A model generated the notes under the pieces. It was not told the DNA's origin and searched no databases. It saw only the letters and a program-made list of their open reading frames with translations. A DNA stretch of 64,000 bases from an uncultured candidate division Zixibacteria bacterium (lineage in GTDB: Bacteria; Zixibacteria; MSB-5A5; GN15; PGXB01), in NCBI GenBank assembly GCA_963702205.1, contig OY969724.1:1280001-1344000 (forward strand), written 5' to 3'. A program made the translations under genes and the position numbers. This document shows, in pieces, positions 61,392-64,000 of the stretch. Numbering within the stretch: the first letter of the stretch is position 1; every line of letters starts with the position of its first letter.

Positions 61392-63036
61392 TTTGTATCA
61401 TCTCCAGTATTTTGTCGGTTATATCGTACAGATCGGCTTTGCCGGGAATATAATCGGGCTTTCGATAGTACTTACCTACTGCGGCAGCGGTGGGGTTCCC
61501 GAGCGTCGTCACCCAGGCTTTCGAGGGAATCTCGTGACCCAGCTCTTTAAAATATTTAACGGACAGAGGACTGGTGAATATGAAGGCTCCAATTTTGGAG
61601 CAATCTATGTCCGGAAGCGCCTCGGCCGGGGTCGGGACCGTTTTGTACAGTGCCAGCCTTTCCACTTTCAGACCTTTGGCCGCGAGTCCGTCGTGCAGCG
61701 TAATCGGGGCCTCTTCACCCTGTGGCAGCATAACCCGCTCGCCTTTTTTCATAAGCGATGGCAGCTCGTTCAATAGTCCTTCGGCACTTTCTTTGGTCGG
61801 CACGAACGCCACTTCCAAATCACGAGCCTTTAGAAGCCGGGCCGTACGTTGCCCAACTGCCGCAATTTTGGACCGTGACGAAAATTCAACTCTGCGGTCG
61901 GCGAGTATATCGAGAAATATCTGCACCGCGTTCTTGCTCGTGAAAATTATCCAGTCGTATTTATCCAGACCGGCGGCAATGTGCCCTATTTTCGTTTTGT
62001 CATACTTTGGTACTGTCCGGAATACCGGGTAATAAATTGGTTCGATCTGTCCCAATCGGCCCTTGAAAAATTCGGCCGCTTCATCTTTGGCGCGGGTAAT
62101 AAGTACTTTTAAGGTTGCCCCCTCGCTCTCCGTCGCGGTCATTTCGGTCAGTTCACGGTATGCCATATCCACCAGCACTTCGATATTGTGATGCGAGCCT
62201 TCAAACAAAGCCGGCAGCTGCCAGCCGTTTTTATCTTTTATACCCAGAAATGCCTGGAGCGCGTACCCCGTTTTGGTTTGTTCGGAATGCACCGCCAGCG
62301 GCAAATGACAACCGCCATGAAACCGCGCCAGGACGCCGCGTTCGAGCCGGGCCTTTTTCTCGGCGTCGTCGTTGTTGAGTCTTTCCAGAAAAGCCTGCAG
62401 TTTTTCATTGTCACTTTTGATTTCGATCGCCAGAATGCCCTGTCCGGGGGCGGGCATGAATTCCGATTTGTCCAGCACCACTTTGACAAGATCCTCGATT
62501 TCCGGCATCAACCGGTCCAGCCCGGCCCTGGCGATCATGATGGCATCGTACTCACCATCCAGAAGTTTCTGTATCCGCGTATTGATATTGCCTCGAAGCG
62601 GCTTGACTTCCAGGTCGGGACGGAAATATTTTATCTGGGCTTCTCTCCTGACCGAGCCGGTCCCGATGCACGCCCCCGGCTTGACCTGCATAAAGCGGTA
62701 ACGGTCGAACGCTTCCGGCCGTACCAATACGGCCTCCGAGGCATCCTCGGGACTGCAATATGCGGCGACTTTCAGGCCCGGCGTGAGTTCGGTCGGCAGG
62801 TCTTTTAACGAATGCACGGCCAGATCGACCCGGCCGTCGAGGAGTGCATCCTCCAATTCTTTGGTAAAAAAGCCCTTGCCCTCCAGTTTATCGAAACCGA
62901 GGTCGGTTACTTTGTCGCCCTGGGTCTTAATAATTTCGATTTCAGCCTGCGCTCCGAGGCTGATCATCTGCTTTTTTATTTCTTCAGCCTGTCGCAAAGC
63001 CAACTGGCTGCCGCGAGTTCCTATTGTCCAGTTCAT
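61351..63036 (-). CDS. hemC: Hydroxymethylbilane synthase fused to uroporphyrinogen-III synthase (HemC-HemD)
   Basis: IGTRGSQLA, GKGFFTKE, AVHSLKD, LRGNINTR, PAPGQG, GGC; then VLITR, WIIFTSKNAV, AAVGQRTA, FTSP. Confidence 0.93.
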   Translation of the reverse strand: MNWTIGTRGSQLALRQAEEIKKQMISLGAQAEIEIIKTQGDKVTDLGFDKLEGKGFFTKELEDALLDGRVDLAVHSLKDLPTELTPGLKVAAYCSPEDASEAVLVRPEAFDRYRFMQVKPGACIGTGSVRREAQIKYFRPDLEVKPLRGNINTRIQKLLDGEYDAIMIARAGLDRLMPEIEDLVKVVLDKSEFMPAPGQGILAIEIKSDNEKLQAFLERLNNDDAEKKARLERGVLARFHGGCHLPLAVHSEQTKTGYALQAFLGIKDKNGWQLPALFEGSHHNIEVLVDMAYRELTEMTATESEGATLKVLITRAKDEAAEFFKGRLGQIEPIYYPVFRTVPKYDKTKIGHIAAGLDKYDWIIFTSKNAVQIFLDILADRRVEFSSRSKIAAVGQRTARLLKARDLEVAFVPTKESAEGLLNELPSLMKKGERVMLPQGEEAPITLHDGLAAKGLKVERLALYKTVPTPAEALPDIDCSKIGAFIFTSPLSVKYFKELGHEIPSKAWVTTLGNPTAAAVGKYYRKPDYIPGKADLYDITDKILEMIQNGHEQSSPPSSAD

Positions 63037-63218
63037 ATCTATATTATACTTTCCATACAACAGGATGAATATAAAGCCGCTTTGGCATTCTCAAAGTGAA
63101 ATTTGGCACATAATATATGGCCGGCCAGGACATGACTTTTGAGGTAATTACCTCTAATGCATTGATATATAGCTACATAGACGATTTGGCGATTGTTGGC
63201 AGAGGATTAAGACGGTCC

Positions 63219-63247
63219 TTGACATTGTTAGATTAATCTAATATTTT
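63219..63247 (+). promoter_or_regulatory. Promoter with embedded DtxR/MntR-type palindromic operator
   Basis: TTGACA (63219-63224), 17 bp, TATTTT (63242-63247); perfect palindrome TTAGATTAATCTAA at 63228-63241. Confidence 0.75.
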
Positions 63248-63255
63248 GCGTCGCT

Positions 63256-63678
63256 ATGAATTTGACATCACGCGAAGAAGATTATCTGGAGACCATTTAT
63301 CTCCTGTCCCGGGAAAACCGGTCGGTCGGAGTAACCGACGTCGCCCGCGAACTCGGCGTGACCCTTCCGACCGTCAATTCCGCGGTCGGCCGATTAAAGG
63401 AATACGGCCTGGTTCAACAGGAACATTACGGCAAAATAATTCTCAACGATAAGGGCCGCCGAATCGGGGCCGAGGTTTACCGGGCGCATCGCGCCATCCA
63501 TATTTTCCTGACCGACATATTACACCTCCCGACGGATATTGCCGAAAATGAAGCCTGCAAGATGGAACACGCCATCAGCCGCGAAACCATGCACCGCCTC
63601 GAAATACTGGTCGAAAAGATTCAATCTTCGAAGCTGGGGAGAATTGATTATGATGCCGTTCAATCCTCTCGTAAATAG
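63256..63678 (+). CDS. DtxR/MntR family metal-dependent regulator
   Basis: EEDYLETIY, DVARELGVTLPTV, HR..FL, EACKMEHAIS. Confidence 0.93.
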   Translation: MNLTSREEDYLETIYLLSRENRSVGVTDVARELGVTLPTVNSAVGRLKEYGLVQQEHYGKIILNDKGRRIGAEVYRAHRAIHIFLTDILHLPTDIAENEACKMEHAISRETMHRLEILVEKIQSSKLGRIDYDAVQSSRK

Positions 63679-63704
63679 TATGGCAGCGAAAAGAGACGGA
63701 TAGC

Positions 63705-63947
63705 ATGGGCGAAACAATGAACCTCGGGCAGTTGAAACCGGGCCAGCGCGGCCGGGTCATTCGCGTCGGCGGCTACGGTGCGATCAGGCGGCGTCTGTAT
63801 GACCTCGGCCTGCATGCGGGCGAAATGGTGCAGATGATCAAAGCCGCGCCGCTTAAGGACCCGCTGGAAATTTCCTTCGGCAACGGCCATGTGTCGATAC
63901 GGCGCAGCGAAGCGTCCCTGGTGTTTGTGGACCCCATGACAGAATAA
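63705..63947 (+). CDS. feoA: Ferrous iron transport protein A
   Basis: RRRLYDLGL..G, APLKDP, SIRRSEA. Confidence 0.93.
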   Translation: MGETMNLGQLKPGQRGRVIRVGGYGAIRRRLYDLGLHAGEMVQMIKAAPLKDPLEISFGNGHVSIRRSEASLVFVDPMTE

Positions 63948-63950
63948 ATC

Positions 63951-64000
63951 GTGGATGAAGAACGCGAGATAAAGATAGCTTTGGCCGGCAATCCCAACGC
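63951..64000 (+). CDS. feoB: Ferrous iron transport protein B, 5' end (runs off window)
   Basis: GTG start, KIALAGNPN (start of G1 motif), immediately after feoA. Confidence 0.85.
   Translation, partial: MDEEREIKIALAGNPN

Overview
Bacterial chromosomal window of mostly metabolic and housekeeping genes with a few AT-rich accessory patches. The lineage is probably candidate phylum Zixibacteria or a related FCB-group anaerobe; this is inferred only from a dockerin-like C-terminal domain and gene content. Contents in order: dprA-yigZ-pfkB-PAP2-macrodomain cluster; a serine palmitoyltransferase + GNAT pair (candidate ceramide synthesis); a DUF2089/SHOCT operon; two IS256-family copies, one splitting a membrane-protein gene with a perfect 8-bp TSD and one truncating an orphan RHS toxin with no TSD; an hdrC-hdrB-FeS-flavoprotein operon (thiol:fumarate-reductase-like) with two Rex-like boxes; a cobalamin riboswitch-btuB-btuG-like unit; a hybrid kinase, CBS protein and DASS transporter; a YIDP-peptide/NoeA-like/LtaS-like cassette; blaI-blaR1-like genes with SDYE repeats; a triheme cytochrome c; a candidate new selenoprotein; a two-component pair, amtB and porin; cysK, perR-katG; tRNA-fMet; mfd; archaeal-type gatD; hemL-hemB-hemCD; dtxR-feoA-feoB. 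Two genes (DASS permease, mfd) have +1 frameshifts, both compatible with an extra C in CCCGG. Several REP-like palindrome families occupy intergenic spaces. No CRISPR array or rRNA was seen. All family assignments come from motif recognition, not database searches.
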